Assembly (NCBI GenBank): GCA_016191395.1
Contig: JACPOS010000004.1
Coordinates: forward strand, 4,166 to 68,165
DNA: 64,000 nt
Source: Chloroflexota bacterium
Lineage (GTDB): Bacteria > Chloroflexota > Limnocylindria > Limnocylindrales > CSP1-4
Reading direction: 5' to 3'
Positions within the stretch are counted from its first letter, which is position 1; every line of letters starts with the position of its first letter. The translations under genes were made by a program, and so were the position numbers. The notes under the pieces were generated by a model, which worked only from the letters and a program-made list of their open reading frames with translations, ran no database searches and was not told the origin of the DNA. This document shows positions 18,530 to 28,633 of the stretch, piece after piece.

Positions 18530-19294
18530 ATGAGCACTCGCATCGCCGTCTTGTCCGACATGCACGGCAACCTGTTGGCACTCCAGGCGGTTCGGAAGGC
18601 GATCAACAAGGAGAAGCCGGACGTCGTCCTGATCGCCGGCGACATCGTCCTCAACGGGCCGGAGCCGGGTGGGACGGTTGATGTCGTCCGCGAGATGGAG
18701 ACGAACGGCGCCATCGTCGTCCAGGGCAACACGGACATCGCGGTTGCCGATGCCGACTACGCGGCCGCCTTTCCGTGGCTCCTTGAGTACGGCGTCCCCG
18801 ATTCCATCACCGCCGCGGCGGAATGGGCCCACGACGCGCTCGAGGACGAGCACCTTGCCTGGCTGCGCCGCCTGCCGGCCGAACGCCGCGTGAGAATCGG
18901 CGACGACCTTGTGCTCCTGACGCACGCCTCGCCCGGGTCGCAGACCCAGGGCTTCGACCAGCACCTCGACCCCTCGACGATCACCGAGCGGATGTCGCGC
19001 ACGGACGCCCGCGTCATCTGCTGCGGCCACACGCACATTCCAGAGGTCCGAGAGTTCGGCTGGAAGGTAATCGTCAACGGCGGCAGCGCCGGCTACGCCT
19101 TCGACGGCGACGCGACGGCATCGTGGGCGCTCGTGACGCTCGACGGCGGGGGTGACGACGGCTCCACCGTCACGGCGGAGATCCGACGCGCCGAGTACGA
19201 CAACCTCGCCGTCTCCAACGCGATCTACGCGCGCGGTCTCGCCGGCGACGTCTATCGCGCCGCGACGGTTCGAACAGGCAAGCTCGTGCGATGA
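18530..19294 (+). CDS. metallophosphoesterase family protein (YfcE-like)
   Basis: Motifs IAVLSDMHGN, IAGDIV, GNTD and CGHTH are present. ATG at 18530 chosen inside ORF 18470..19294. Confidence 0.8.
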   Translation: MSTRIAVLSDMHGNLLALQAVRKAINKEKPDVVLIAGDIVLNGPEPGGTVDVVREMETNGAIVVQGNTDIAVADADYAAAFPWLLEYGVPDSITAAAEWAHDALEDEHLAWLRRLPAERRVRIGDDLVLLTHASPGSQTQGFDQHLDPSTITERMSRTDARVICCGHTHIPEVREFGWKVIVNGGSAGYAFDGDATASWALVTLDGGGDDGSTVTAEIRRAEYDNLAVSNAIYARGLAGDVYRAATVRTGKLVR

Positions 19295-20556
19295 GCCGCT
19301 CCAACGGCGCGCGCCGAGTCGTCGTCACGGGCATGGGCGCTTTGTCGGCGCTCGGGAATGACGTGGCATCGACGTGGGCGGGCCTGCTCGCGGGCCGCAG
19401 CGGCGTCCGGACGATTGATGCCTTTGACCCGGCGCGGGTCGATTCGAAGATCGCCGCGCAGGTGCGCGACTTCGATCCGAGTGGCGTCATCGACCGCAAG
19501 GAGATGCGGCGGATGGACCGCTACATCCAGTTCGGGCTGGTGGTCGCGCGGCAGGCGCTTGACCAGGCCGGCCTGCCCGGCCGGATGGACGGTGCGCTCG
19601 CCGAGCGGACGGGCTGCATCCTGGGTTCCGGCCTGGGCGGCGTCACGACGCTCTTCGACAACGTGCTGCTGATGGCGGAGCGCGGCCCGGATCGCATCTC
19701 GCCGTTCTTCATCCCGATGGGCATCGCGAACGTGGGTTCGGGGCAGGTCGCGATCGCGTTCGGAATGCTGGGGCCGAACTTCGCGACCGTGTCCGCGTGC
19801 GCCACGGGTGCCCACGCGATCGGCGAATCGTGGGAGACGATCCGGCGCGGCGACGCCGACATCATGCTGGCGGGCGGCACGGAGGCCGCGATCCACGAGG
19901 CGGTGGTGGGTGGCTTCTCGTCGATGAAGGCGCTCTCGACGCGTAACGACGATCCCGAGGGTGCCTCGCGCCCGTTCGACCAGGGCCGCGACGGCTTCGT
20001 GATGGGCGAGGGCGCAGGCATGCTCGTGCTCGAGGAGCTGTCGCACGCGGAAGCGCGCGGCGCCGAACCGCTGGCAGAGCTCGTGGGCTACGGCGCGACC
20101 GCGGACGCTTCGCACATCACCCTCCCGGGCCCCGGCGGTGCAGGCGCGGTGCGGGCCGGCAGGCGCGCACTCGAGAAGGCCGGCATGTCGCCCGACGAGC
20201 TGGACCACGTGAATGCCCACGCGACCTCCACCCCCGAGGGCGACAGCGCCGAGCTCCAGGGGCTCGCGACGCTCCTCGGCGAGCACGGACCGTCGGTCTC
20301 GATCACGGCGAACAAGTCGATGCTGGGGCACACCCTCGGCGCCGCCGGCGCCATCGAGTCCATCGCCACGATCCAGGCGATGCGCGAGGGCGCCGTTCCG
20401 CCGACGATCAACCTCGTGGACCCCGACCCGTGGACGAACGGCCTGGACCTGACGCCGCTCATGGCCACCCACCGGCCGATCCGGGCGGCGCTGAACAACT
20501 CGTTCGGGTTCGGCGGCCAGAACGCCGCCCTCATCTTCCGGCGGTGGGACGGATGA
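19291..20556 (+). CDS. fabF: beta-ketoacyl-ACP synthase II
   Basis: RVVVTGMGALS, active-site SACATGAHAIGE and C-terminal NSFGFGGQNA are present. Overlaps the upstream stop. Confidence 0.93.
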   Translation: MSRSNGARRVVVTGMGALSALGNDVASTWAGLLAGRSGVRTIDAFDPARVDSKIAAQVRDFDPSGVIDRKEMRRMDRYIQFGLVVARQALDQAGLPGRMDGALAERTGCILGSGLGGVTTLFDNVLLMAERGPDRISPFFIPMGIANVGSGQVAIAFGMLGPNFATVSACATGAHAIGESWETIRRGDADIMLAGGTEAAIHEAVVGGFSSMKALSTRNDDPEGASRPFDQGRDGFVMGEGAGMLVLEELSHAEARGAEPLAELVGYGATADASHITLPGPGGAGAVRAGRRALEKAGMSPDELDHVNAHATSTPEGDSAELQGLATLLGEHGPSVSITANKSMLGHTLGAAGAIESIATIQAMREGAVPPTINLVDPDPWTNGLDLTPLMATHRPIRAALNNSFGFGGQNAALIFRRWDG

Positions 20557-21029
20557 CCAAGCCCGACGAATCCCTGCTCGCGCTCATCGACCAGCTCGCC
20601 GCCCTCCTGGACCGGACCGAGCTGACGGAGCTGGAGGTCCAGGTCGGCTCGACAGGGCTCGTGCTGCGCAAGCCCTCGGCCCTCGCGCCCTCGATGCCGG
20701 CCGCGGTCGCCGTCCCGGGCACCGCCGCACACGGCTCGGACGTGCCAGCGGCCACGCCCGCACCGGCGGTGGACGCCGGTCCGCCGGCGCGCCCGGCTGT
20801 CATGGCCCCCCTCAGCGGGATCTGGTACGGGGCGCCCGCCCCCGGCTCGGCGCCATACGTGAGCCTCGGGGGCGAGGTCGCGGTCGGCCAGGTGATCGGC
20901 CTCATCGAGGCGATGAAGCTGTTCAACGAGATCAAGAGCGACAAGGCCGGTCGCGTCATGAAGATCAACGCCGAGGACGGCAAGCTGGTCCGGGCGAAGC
21001 AACCACTGATCGAGGTCGACCCGCTATGA
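20553..21029 (+). CDS. accB: biotin carboxyl carrier protein (canonical, EAMK)
   Basis: ATG overlaps the fabF stop (ATGA). 158 aa. GLIEAMKLFNEI carries the biotinyl-Lys codon at 20916-20918. Confidence 0.88.
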   Translation: MTKPDESLLALIDQLAALLDRTELTELEVQVGSTGLVLRKPSALAPSMPAAVAVPGTAAHGSDVPAATPAPAVDAGPPARPAVMAPLSGIWYGAPAPGSAPYVSLGGEVAVGQVIGLIEAMKLFNEIKSDKAGRVMKINAEDGKLVRAKQPLIEVDPL

Positions 21030-22255
21030 GCGAAACGCCGCCGATTCGCGCCCACGTGACCGGCTGGGGCAGGTACGTGCCGAGCCACGTCCTCACCAAC
21101 ACCGACCTCGAGAAGATGGTCGACACGAACGACGAGTGGATCGTCTCGCGCACGGGGATCCGAGAGCGCCGCGTGGCCGCCGCCAACGAGACCACCGCAT
21201 CGATGGCGGCGGTCGCGAGCCTGCGGGCGATCCGCGCGGCCGGGATCAGCCCGGACGAGATCGACCTCATCCTCCTCGCGACCCTCACGCCGGACTACTG
21301 GATGCCCTCCACCGCCGCCCTGGTCAAGGAGGCGATCGGCAACACCCGCGCCGCGGCGATGGACGTGGCCGCCGCCTGCTCCGGCTTCGTCTATGGGTTT
21401 GCGACTGCGCAGGCGTGGATCACCTCCGGCCTCGCGAAGCACGTGCTCGTCATCGGCGCGGAGCTGCTCACCCGCTTCCTCGACTACACGGACCGCTCCA
21501 CCTGCATCCTGTTCGGGGACGGCGCTGGCGCGGCCGTGCTGTCCGCCTCGACCGAGCCCGGCGGCGCGATGGGCATCGAGCTCACGACCGAGCCGCAGGG
21601 CGCATACATGATCTGGCTGCCGGCTGGCGGCGCTAAGAGCCCGCCCTCCTCGGAGACGATTGCCCGCGGCGAGCACTACATCCGCATGGAAGGCAAGGAG
21701 ACGTACCGGTTCGCGACCCGGACGCTCGCCTCCACCGCGCTCGAGAGCGTCCGCAAGTCCGGCCTGGAGCCGGACGACATCAGCCTGTTCATCCCGCACC
21801 AGGCAAACATCCGGATCATCGATGCGGTGGCCAAGGGCCTGAACCTCCCGATGGACCGCATGTTCACGAACGTCGATCGGTACGGGAACACCTCCGCGGC
21901 GTCCGTGCCGATCGCCATGGCTGAGGCGGTGAACGAGGGCCGCGTCAAGGTCGGCGACCGGATCACGATCGTGGCGTTTGGCGCAGGCTTCACCTCGGGC
22001 GCGGTCACGATCCAGTGGACCGCCGATCCGGCCCGCGGCGCGGATGCCGACACGGCGATCCGAGCCGAGGACGTTCACGTTCGACTGCCGGTCGACTGGG
22101 ATTCCGTCGATCCGATCCCGCAGGCGCTCGCGGAGCTGATGGCTCGCCCCGGCGCCGTGAACCCGCCGCTCGACGACGTCGTCCCCGGCGAGCCGGAGCC
22201 GGCGCCGTTCCTGCCGGCCGCTGATCGACCCGCGCTGACGCCCGCCGCGTCCTGA
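21026..22255 (+). CDS. fabH: beta-ketoacyl-ACP synthase III with a ~75-aa C-terminal extension
   Basis: NDEWIVSRTGIRERR, active-site AAACSGFVYG, HQANIRI and GNTSAAS motifs are present. 409 aa versus the usual ~330. Confidence 0.9.
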   Translation: MSETPPIRAHVTGWGRYVPSHVLTNTDLEKMVDTNDEWIVSRTGIRERRVAAANETTASMAAVASLRAIRAAGISPDEIDLILLATLTPDYWMPSTAALVKEAIGNTRAAAMDVAAACSGFVYGFATAQAWITSGLAKHVLVIGAELLTRFLDYTDRSTCILFGDGAGAAVLSASTEPGGAMGIELTTEPQGAYMIWLPAGGAKSPPSSETIARGEHYIRMEGKETYRFATRTLASTALESVRKSGLEPDDISLFIPHQANIRIIDAVAKGLNLPMDRMFTNVDRYGNTSAASVPIAMAEAVNEGRVKVGDRITIVAFGAGFTSGAVTIQWTADPARGADADTAIRAEDVHVRLPVDWDSVDPIPQALAELMARPGAVNPPLDDVVPGEPEPAPFLPAADRPALTPAAS

Positions 22256-22265
22256 GGAGGCCCGC

Positions 22266-23015
22266 ATGATCGATCTCACCGGCAAGTCGGCCGTCGTCAC
22301 CGGCGGCTCGCGCGGCATCGGGCGCGCGATCGCGATCCGGCTCGCAACGCAGGGCGCTGACGTCGCGTTCAGCTACCGCGGCAACAAGGCGGCCGCGAAG
22401 GAGACGGCGGCCGCCATCGAGGCGCTGGGACGGCGCGCGCTCCCGGTCCAGGGCGACGCATCGGACCCCGAGGCCGCGAGCGCGCTGATCAAGGCCGCGC
22501 TCGAGGCGTTCGGCAAGATCGACATCCTCGTCAACAACGCCGGCATCACGCGCGACGACCTGATCATGCGCATGTCGCTGGAGGACTTCCGCGACGTTCT
22601 CGAGACGAACCTCTTCGGGGCGTTCTACGCGATCAAGGCGGTCACCCGGCCGATGCTGAAGGCCAAGGGCGGCCGGATCATCAACATCACCTCGGTGTCC
22701 GGCCAGGCAGGGCAGACGGGACAGGCCAACTACTCGTCGGCGAAGGCCGGCCTCATCGGCCTCACGAAAGCCACCGCCCGCGAGCTTGCCTCGCGCGGCA
22801 TCACGTGCAACGCGGTCGCGCCTGGCTTCGTGCTCACCGAGCTGACGCAGGACCTCGCGCAGCCGCTGATGGACCAGATCACGGCACAGACGCCGCTCGG
22901 GCGCTTCGGCACCACCGAGGAGATCGCGAGCGCCGTCGCCTTCCTCGCCAGCGACGAGGCCGCGTTCATCACCGGCCAGGTCCTCGCCGTCGATGGCGGC
23001 CTGGTGATGATGTAG
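22266..23015 (+). CDS. fabG: 3-oxoacyl-ACP reductase
   Basis: SDR motifs VTGGSRGIGRAIA, NNAG and YSSAKAG are present. 249 aa. Confidence 0.93.
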   Translation: MIDLTGKSAVVTGGSRGIGRAIAIRLATQGADVAFSYRGNKAAAKETAAAIEALGRRALPVQGDASDPEAASALIKAALEAFGKIDILVNNAGITRDDLIMRMSLEDFRDVLETNLFGAFYAIKAVTRPMLKAKGGRIINITSVSGQAGQTGQANYSSAKAGLIGLTKATARELASRGITCNAVAPGFVLTELTQDLAQPLMDQITAQTPLGRFGTTEEIASAVAFLASDEAAFITGQVLAVDGGLVMM

Positions 23016-23026
23016 GGCGGAAATCC

Positions 23027-23044
23027 CGTGGCGCGCACGCCACG
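23027..23044 (+). terminator. candidate hairpin downstream of fabG (weak terminator candidate)
   Basis: CGTGGCG-cgca-CGCCACG is a perfect 7-bp stem 12 nt after the fabG stop. No U-tract follows. Confidence 0.3.
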
Positions 23045-23061
23045 CGCATCTCCCGGGACCG

Positions 23062-24585
23062 GTGGACGCTGACGGCCCCGACGGCCCATCCTTCCCTGCC
23101 AACGTGAGCAACGTCCCGCAGCCGCCGCCGAGCCGCCAGGGACCCGGGGACCCATCCATCCGTCGCACGTGGTGGCTCCTCGCGGGCGCCTTCCTTGCGC
23201 TCGCGGTCGTGAACGGATTCCGGCTCGCCACCGAGCGGCAGCCCGTGGACTGGCTGACGGTGGGGCTCGTGATCGTTGCCGCCGTTGCCGCGATCGCCCA
23301 TCGGAACGCGGTTGCCGGCCTCGAGTCGCGGGGCCGCGGCGAGGCCGAAAGCTTCGCCCGGATCCTGCGCGGCCTCTCGCACTCGGTGTCGGCCGATGCG
23401 ATCGTCTCGGCCATCCTCGACGACTTGATCGCCGCGACAGCCGCGGACCACGTGGTGCTCGTCCGACGCAGGTCGGACGGGGTCGCGTTGGACGCGACGC
23501 TCGTCTCCCGTCGCGCCGGTGTGCCGACGACGACCACCGTCCTCCCGCTCGCCGTGCTCGACGCGCCGTCCGACGGCGAGGAGCGCGCCCCGGTCGCCGT
23601 GCCGATTGCACACGATGCGATCGCGCCCGATGCGGACCCTCTCGCACCTGAATCCGAGCCCGCCTCCCCGGCGCCCCCGCGACCGGCGGCCACTCCCGTG
23701 GTGCTCCCGCGGGTAGCTCGACGCGCCTCGGACGTCGGCGGGGGCCGGATGCTGATCCGGCGGATCGCCGCGGAGACCCTCGCGCTGCTCAAGGACGTCG
23801 GCCTGCCGACCCCGGACCTCCTCGGTGCACGCGGGACATCGAAGCCGTCGGAGGTGCTCGCCCGCGGCCCGGAAGCCGTGATCAGCGAACGGGTCGCGGA
23901 TCGCGTGCGATCGGTGTTCGGGCTGTCGCACCCCCTCACGGTGCCGCTGCGGGCCGAGCGCGGGGTGATCGGGGCGATCGTCCTGTCCAGGCGCGACCGC
24001 GACGCCTGGTCGCAGAGCGCGCGCCGGCTCGTCCGGGTCGCCGCCACGGAGACCGCTGCCGCGCTCGATCGTGCGATGTCCCAGCGCGAGGTCGCGGCCA
24101 GCGCCTCCACGGACCCGCTCACCGGCCTGCCGAACCGCCGCTACTTCGAGGAGTTCTCCTCGCTGCTGACGGGCCGCCGCCGGGCGGGCGACGCGCTCGC
24201 CGTGCTGATGATCGACATCGACAAGTTCAAGGGCCTCAACGACACGTACGGCCACCCGGTCGGCGACGAGGTGCTCCGTTCGGTGGCCGGTGCCATCACG
24301 GCGGCTGTTCGCGACCAGGACGTCCCCGCCAGGATCGGCGGCGAGGAGTTCGCGGTCCTGCTCCGCAACCCGGGCCCCACCGTCGCGCTCGAGGTGGGGG
24401 AGCGCGTCCGTCAGGCGGTGCGCGACCTGGACCTGCGCTCCCTCGGCGTGCCGACGGTCAGCGTCTCGGTGGGCGTTGCCAACGCGAACACGGCCGAGGA
24501 ACCGATCGACTCCCTCATCGACCGCGCGGACAGGGCCCTCCTCCGCGCCAAGCGCGCCGGCCGCGACCGGGTGATCGCCGGCTAG
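23062..24585 (+). CDS. membrane-associated diguanylate cyclase (TM + GAF-like + GGDEF)
   Basis: Two N-terminal TM segments. C-terminal DPLTGLPNRRYF...DIDKFKGLNDTYGHPVGDEVL...RIGGEEFAVLL is a GGDEF domain with GGEEF. Start uncertain. Confidence 0.85.
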   Translation: MDADGPDGPSFPANVSNVPQPPPSRQGPGDPSIRRTWWLLAGAFLALAVVNGFRLATERQPVDWLTVGLVIVAAVAAIAHRNAVAGLESRGRGEAESFARILRGLSHSVSADAIVSAILDDLIAATAADHVVLVRRRSDGVALDATLVSRRAGVPTTTTVLPLAVLDAPSDGEERAPVAVPIAHDAIAPDADPLAPESEPASPAPPRPAATPVVLPRVARRASDVGGGRMLIRRIAAETLALLKDVGLPTPDLLGARGTSKPSEVLARGPEAVISERVADRVRSVFGLSHPLTVPLRAERGVIGAIVLSRRDRDAWSQSARRLVRVAATETAAALDRAMSQREVAASASTDPLTGLPNRRYFEEFSSLLTGRRRAGDALAVLMIDIDKFKGLNDTYGHPVGDEVLRSVAGAITAAVRDQDVPARIGGEEFAVLLRNPGPTVALEVGERVRQAVRDLDLRSLGVPTVSVSVGVANANTAEEPIDSLIDRADRALLRAKRAGRDRVIAG

Positions 24586-24626
24586 GGGCGAACTGCCTTC
24601 GGACGCTCGGTCGATACCATCGACGG

Positions 24627-26564
24627 GTGATCGACAAGCCCATCGACGAGCCGATCGATGAGGAGGCCGCGGCCGAGGGCACGCCCGATGTGGCAATCGG
24701 TGGCCCGGGCGGTGCGGTCGAGCCCGGGGAGGTGCCGCTGCTGACCAACGGGCAGCTGGCGCAGGTGTTCCATGACATCGGCGACCTGCTGGAGGTCAAG
24801 GGCGAGCTCGTGTACAAGACCGTCGCGTACCACCGCGCGGCGGACGCGATCGGGCGGTCGCCGGTGGAGGTCGCGAGGGCATTTCGCGAGGGCAAGCCGC
24901 CGGACATCCCGGGCGTCGGCAAGGCGATCGCGGACAAGATCGCGGAGCTGGCGACGACGGGCCGATCGGAATACCGCGAGAAGCTCCTCGCGGAGTTCCC
25001 GACGAGCCTGCTGGAGATGCTCCGCCTCCCCGGCCTCGGGCCGAAGACCGTGCGGCTGATCTACCAGGAGCTCGGCGTCAAGACGGTCGACGACCTCAAG
25101 GTGGCGGCCGAGTCGCACCGGATCCGGAACCTGCGTGGCCTGTCCGAGCGGACGGAGGCGCTGATCCTCGAGGGGATCGCCCGGCTGGAGCACAGCAGCA
25201 GGCGGATGCTCCTCCATCATGCGAAGGCGATCGTCGACGAGCTGATCGGCACGCTTGGCGACGTCCTCGGCGTCAAGCAGATAACGCCCGCGGGGTCGTA
25301 CCGGCGCCGCCGCGAGACCATCGGCGACCTGGACCTGCTTGCGGAGACGGAGGACCCGCAGCGGGTCGTCGAGACGTTCGCGACCCTGCCGTCCGTCGAG
25401 GCGGTGATCGGGCGCGGGGCGCACAAGGCGGCCGTGCGGCTCGGCGGCCGCGGGCCCCAGGTGGACCTCATGGTCATGCGCGCGGAACAGGCGGGGACCC
25501 ACCTGATCCATTTCACGGGCTCGAAGGAGCACAACGTCCGCCTCCGCGAGCGGGCGAGGGACATGGGCTGGAGCCTGTCCGAATACGGCTTCGCCCGGCT
25601 CGGCGAGGACGGCGAGATCGTTACGGACCCCGCGGCGGGCGGCGAGCTGCGGACCTTCGCCACGGAAGCCGAGGCGTACGCCTTCCTCGGGCTGCCGTTC
25701 ATCGAGCCCGAGCTCCGCGAGGATCGCGGCGAGATCGAGGCGGCGCTCGCCGGCCGCCTGCCGGACCTCATCACCGAGACGGACCTCCGGGGCGACCTCC
25801 ACTCGCACTCGGACTGGTCGGACGGAACTCAGCCCGTCGAGGTCATGGCGGAGTTCGCGCGCCGCCGCGGCCACGCCTACCAGGTCATGACCGACCACAC
25901 GCAATCGCTGGCGATCGCCCGCGGTCTCACCCCCGATCGGGTCACGCTGGAGCGGGCGCTGATCCGATCCCTGAACGAACGGTACGCGTCGGAGGAGGAA
26001 TCGGGCGCACGGATCGAGGGGGCGAGCCCGGAGGGCTTCCGACTCCTCCACGGCTGCGAGCTGGAGATCCGAGCCGACGGCCAGCTGGACTACCCCGACG
26101 AGCTGCTCGCGACATTCGACCTGGTCGTGGCGTCGCTGCACGTGGGGCGACGCCAGACGCGAGCCGAGCTCACCCAGCGCGTGCTCAACGCGATCGCGAA
26201 TCCGCACGTGGACGTGATCGCGCACCCCGCCGGTCGGATGATCGACACCCGCGACGATCTGGACCTCGATTGGGACACGGTGTTCGCCGCGGCAGCGCGC
26301 ACCGGAACGGTCCTGGAGATGAACGGCTCGCCGCATCGGCTGGACCTATCGGTCGAGCGGGCGCGCATGGCGCTGGAGATGGGCTGTCTCCTCTCGATCG
26401 ACTCGGACGCCCATCGGACGTCGGAGTTCGACCACCTGGCCTGGGGCATCTCGCAGGCGCGGCGGGCATGGGTGACCCGTGAGGACGTGCTGAACACCCG
26501 CTCCCGTGCCGACCTCCTCGCGTGGCTCGCGATGCCGAAGCCGCGCGTACCATCCCGCCGGTGA
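24627..26564 (+). CDS. polX: DNA polymerase X family protein with C-terminal PHP domain
   Basis: HhH region, nucleotidyltransferase motif GSYRRRRETIGDLDLL, and PHP motifs DLHSHSDWSDG and DSDAH are present. Confidence 0.88.
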   Translation: MIDKPIDEPIDEEAAAEGTPDVAIGGPGGAVEPGEVPLLTNGQLAQVFHDIGDLLEVKGELVYKTVAYHRAADAIGRSPVEVARAFREGKPPDIPGVGKAIADKIAELATTGRSEYREKLLAEFPTSLLEMLRLPGLGPKTVRLIYQELGVKTVDDLKVAAESHRIRNLRGLSERTEALILEGIARLEHSSRRMLLHHAKAIVDELIGTLGDVLGVKQITPAGSYRRRRETIGDLDLLAETEDPQRVVETFATLPSVEAVIGRGAHKAAVRLGGRGPQVDLMVMRAEQAGTHLIHFTGSKEHNVRLRERARDMGWSLSEYGFARLGEDGEIVTDPAAGGELRTFATEAEAYAFLGLPFIEPELREDRGEIEAALAGRLPDLITETDLRGDLHSHSDWSDGTQPVEVMAEFARRRGHAYQVMTDHTQSLAIARGLTPDRVTLERALIRSLNERYASEEESGARIEGASPEGFRLLHGCELEIRADGQLDYPDELLATFDLVVASLHVGRRQTRAELTQRVLNAIANPHVDVIAHPAGRMIDTRDDLDLDWDTVFAAAARTGTVLEMNGSPHRLDLSVERARMALEMGCLLSIDSDAHRTSEFDHLAWGISQARRAWVTREDVLNTRSRADLLAWLAMPKPRVPSRR

Positions 26565-26574
26565 AGGGCAGGGC

Positions 26575-27390
26575 ATGAAGGGCGAGAGTGGCGCACGGGA
26601 CCTTGCGATCGCCGTCGGGGTGGTCGTCGCGCTGTCGCGATTCGCGCCGGACGGTTTCGTCTGGCCCATCGCGCTGGTGCTGCTCGCGGGAGTGATCCTC
26701 GGCTCGCTCCAGGTCGTGGCGGAGGCCGATCCGGCCGGCCAGGGCAAGGGGGTGCCCGTCGAGTCGCTGCTCCTGCCGGGGGCGGCGGCGCTCGCGGCGC
26801 TCGGTGCGATCCGGCTGGTCCCGGTCGGGATCGTGCTGGCGCCCGCATTCGTGCTGGCGGGCGGGCTGGTGGGCCTCGCGCTCGTGACGGAGCTGCGGAT
26901 CGCGCGCGCCAGCGGGCCGCCGTCGAGCCCGGACCGCACTGCCGTCCTCATCGAGGTGCTGGTGATCGGGTTCCTCGGCTTCGCAGGCGTGGCGACGCTG
27001 GTTCCCGGCGGGCTGCCCGTGCCGGGCGAGGGTGGCGGTGCCATCGGCGAGAACGCGCTCGCGGTGATCGCGCAGGCGGGCGGCGACGCGATCCTCGCAT
27101 TGCTGCTCGGCTACCGGGTCGCCGCGCTCCGGAGCTCCAACTTCCGGGATGTCGCGTGGTTCGGGTTCACGGGCGCCGCCGTGGTCGCGATCGCGGCCGT
27201 CGCGCTCCGGTCGATCGAGATCCCGCTGATCCTGGGACCCGCCCTCCTCGTGCTCGTGTTCTTCCTGTGGGACGCGATCCACAGCGGCGGCGTGGCACGA
27301 CGGCGAGACCCGTGGCGGGCCTGGGAGACGGCGGCGCTCGCGATCCTGGCCATCGTCGTCATCGGCTGGAGTGCCGGCATTCGCGGCTGA
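26575..27390 (+). CDS. hypothetical polytopic membrane protein
   Basis: 271 aa, almost entirely hydrophobic helices. ATG at 26575 with GAAGGG upstream. No family recognised. Confidence 0.6.
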   Translation: MKGESGARDLAIAVGVVVALSRFAPDGFVWPIALVLLAGVILGSLQVVAEADPAGQGKGVPVESLLLPGAAALAALGAIRLVPVGIVLAPAFVLAGGLVGLALVTELRIARASGPPSSPDRTAVLIEVLVIGFLGFAGVATLVPGGLPVPGEGGGAIGENALAVIAQAGGDAILALLLGYRVAALRSSNFRDVAWFGFTGAAVVAIAAVALRSIEIPLILGPALLVLVFFLWDAIHSGGVARRRDPWRAWETAALAILAIVVIGWSAGIRG

Positions 27391-27466
27391 GCGCGACAAG
27401 CCCCATACTTGCGGACCGCATCCGCGCCCGACGGACGTCGATCGACCACCACCTGAGGAATCATCC

Positions 27467-28321
27467 GTGACCTTCTCCGAGACCGAAGCGAACACCAGCC
27501 CGGCGGCAGCGACGCGCATCAAGCGCACGCTCGCCGAGCAGGCCATCGCGAGCGCAGCCGCCGGCAAGTGGTCCGAGGCCGCAGACACGAACCGCCGCCT
27601 CCTCGAGATGGGCCCCGAGGCCGACACCGAGAACCGGCTCGCAAAGGCGCTCTGGGAGCTCGGCGAGCTCGGCTCGGCGCGCGAGCACTACCAGGCAGCC
27701 CTCGCCCTCGACCCGACGAACCGCATCGCGGAGCGCAACATCGACCGACTGCGAACCCTGCTCGTCGCGGCCGGCGAGAAGACGGTGCCGGCACAGGACG
27801 GCAGCAAGGCGCCGGTCCGGATCTTCGTCGAGGAGACCGGCAAGACCGGCTTCGCGCACCTGATCGACCTGCCGGACGCCAAGAAGCTGGCACAGGTCAA
27901 CCCCGGCGACTCCGTCGAGATGACCCCGGAGGGAAACCGCCTGATCGCGTTCAGCAACGGGATGCGCATCGGCGTCGTGGAGCCACGCGTCGCCGCCCGA
28001 CTGCTCAAGCTCATCGCCGAGGGCAACAAGTACCTCGCCGGTGTCACCTCGCTCGGCGCCCAGGACGTTCGGATCATCATCCGCGAGATCTACCAGGACC
28101 CCCGCAACTACGGGAAGGTCAGCTTCCCCACCGCGGCCAAGTCCACCGACCTTCGCCCGTACACCAAGGGCACGCTCCTGCGTGAGGACGAGGAGATCGA
28201 AGAGGACCTCGAGGACGACATCGAGGACGAGGAGATCACGGATCTCGACCGCGTCCTTCCTCCCGAGGACACCACCGACGAAGCGTTCATCGAAGAGACC
28301 GACGAGAACGACGAGCCGTAA
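27467..28321 (+). CDS. TPR-like protein with a highly acidic C-terminal tail
   Basis: GTG at 27467 is preceded by GAGGAA. The N-terminal helical repeat (AKALWELGELGSAREHYQAALALDPTN) is TPR-like. The last ~50 aa are dominated by D/E. Confidence 0.6.
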   Translation: MTFSETEANTSPAAATRIKRTLAEQAIASAAAGKWSEAADTNRRLLEMGPEADTENRLAKALWELGELGSAREHYQAALALDPTNRIAERNIDRLRTLLVAAGEKTVPAQDGSKAPVRIFVEETGKTGFAHLIDLPDAKKLAQVNPGDSVEMTPEGNRLIAFSNGMRIGVVEPRVAARLLKLIAEGNKYLAGVTSLGAQDVRIIIREIYQDPRNYGKVSFPTAAKSTDLRPYTKGTLLREDEEIEEDLEDDIEDEEITDLDRVLPPEDTTDEAFIEETDENDEP

Positions 28322-28334
28322 GCGCCGGGCCGAT

Positions 28335-28408
28335 GCAGCCCGTTCGCCGCGTTGTCGCCTGCGCTCCTCGCTCACGCACCTCGGGGTGCGCTCGCTCTCG
28401 TGCTCGAC
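28335..28408. repeat. dispersed intergenic repeat, copy B
   Basis: Its 3' 60 nt match copy A. Its 5' 30 nt (28335-28364) match copy C at 27/31 positions. Confidence 0.6.
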
Positions 28409-28454
28409 TTGCGCTCCGACCGCCTCCGCGAGGCGGTGATTCGCTGAGGCACCT

Positions 28455-28485
28455 GCGGCCGGTTTGCCGCGTTTGTCGCCTGCGC
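28455..28485. repeat. dispersed intergenic repeat, partial copy C
   Basis: GCGGCCGGTTTGCCGCGTTTGTCGCCTGCGC versus GCAGCCCGTTCGCCGCGTTGTCGCCTGCGC, 120 nt upstream. Confidence 0.5.
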
Positions 28486-28633
28486 ATCGAACGAGCACCG
28501 GTTTGTCCCAGAAGTGCGCTCCTGGCACGTTAGCGTCGAATTGGGGCGGCGCCCCGCACTTGTCGGGCCTGCCGGCGGCGACCGGCGCCTCTCCTGAGCA
28601 CGAAAAGTTGCTGCGCGACACGCGACCAAGGAC

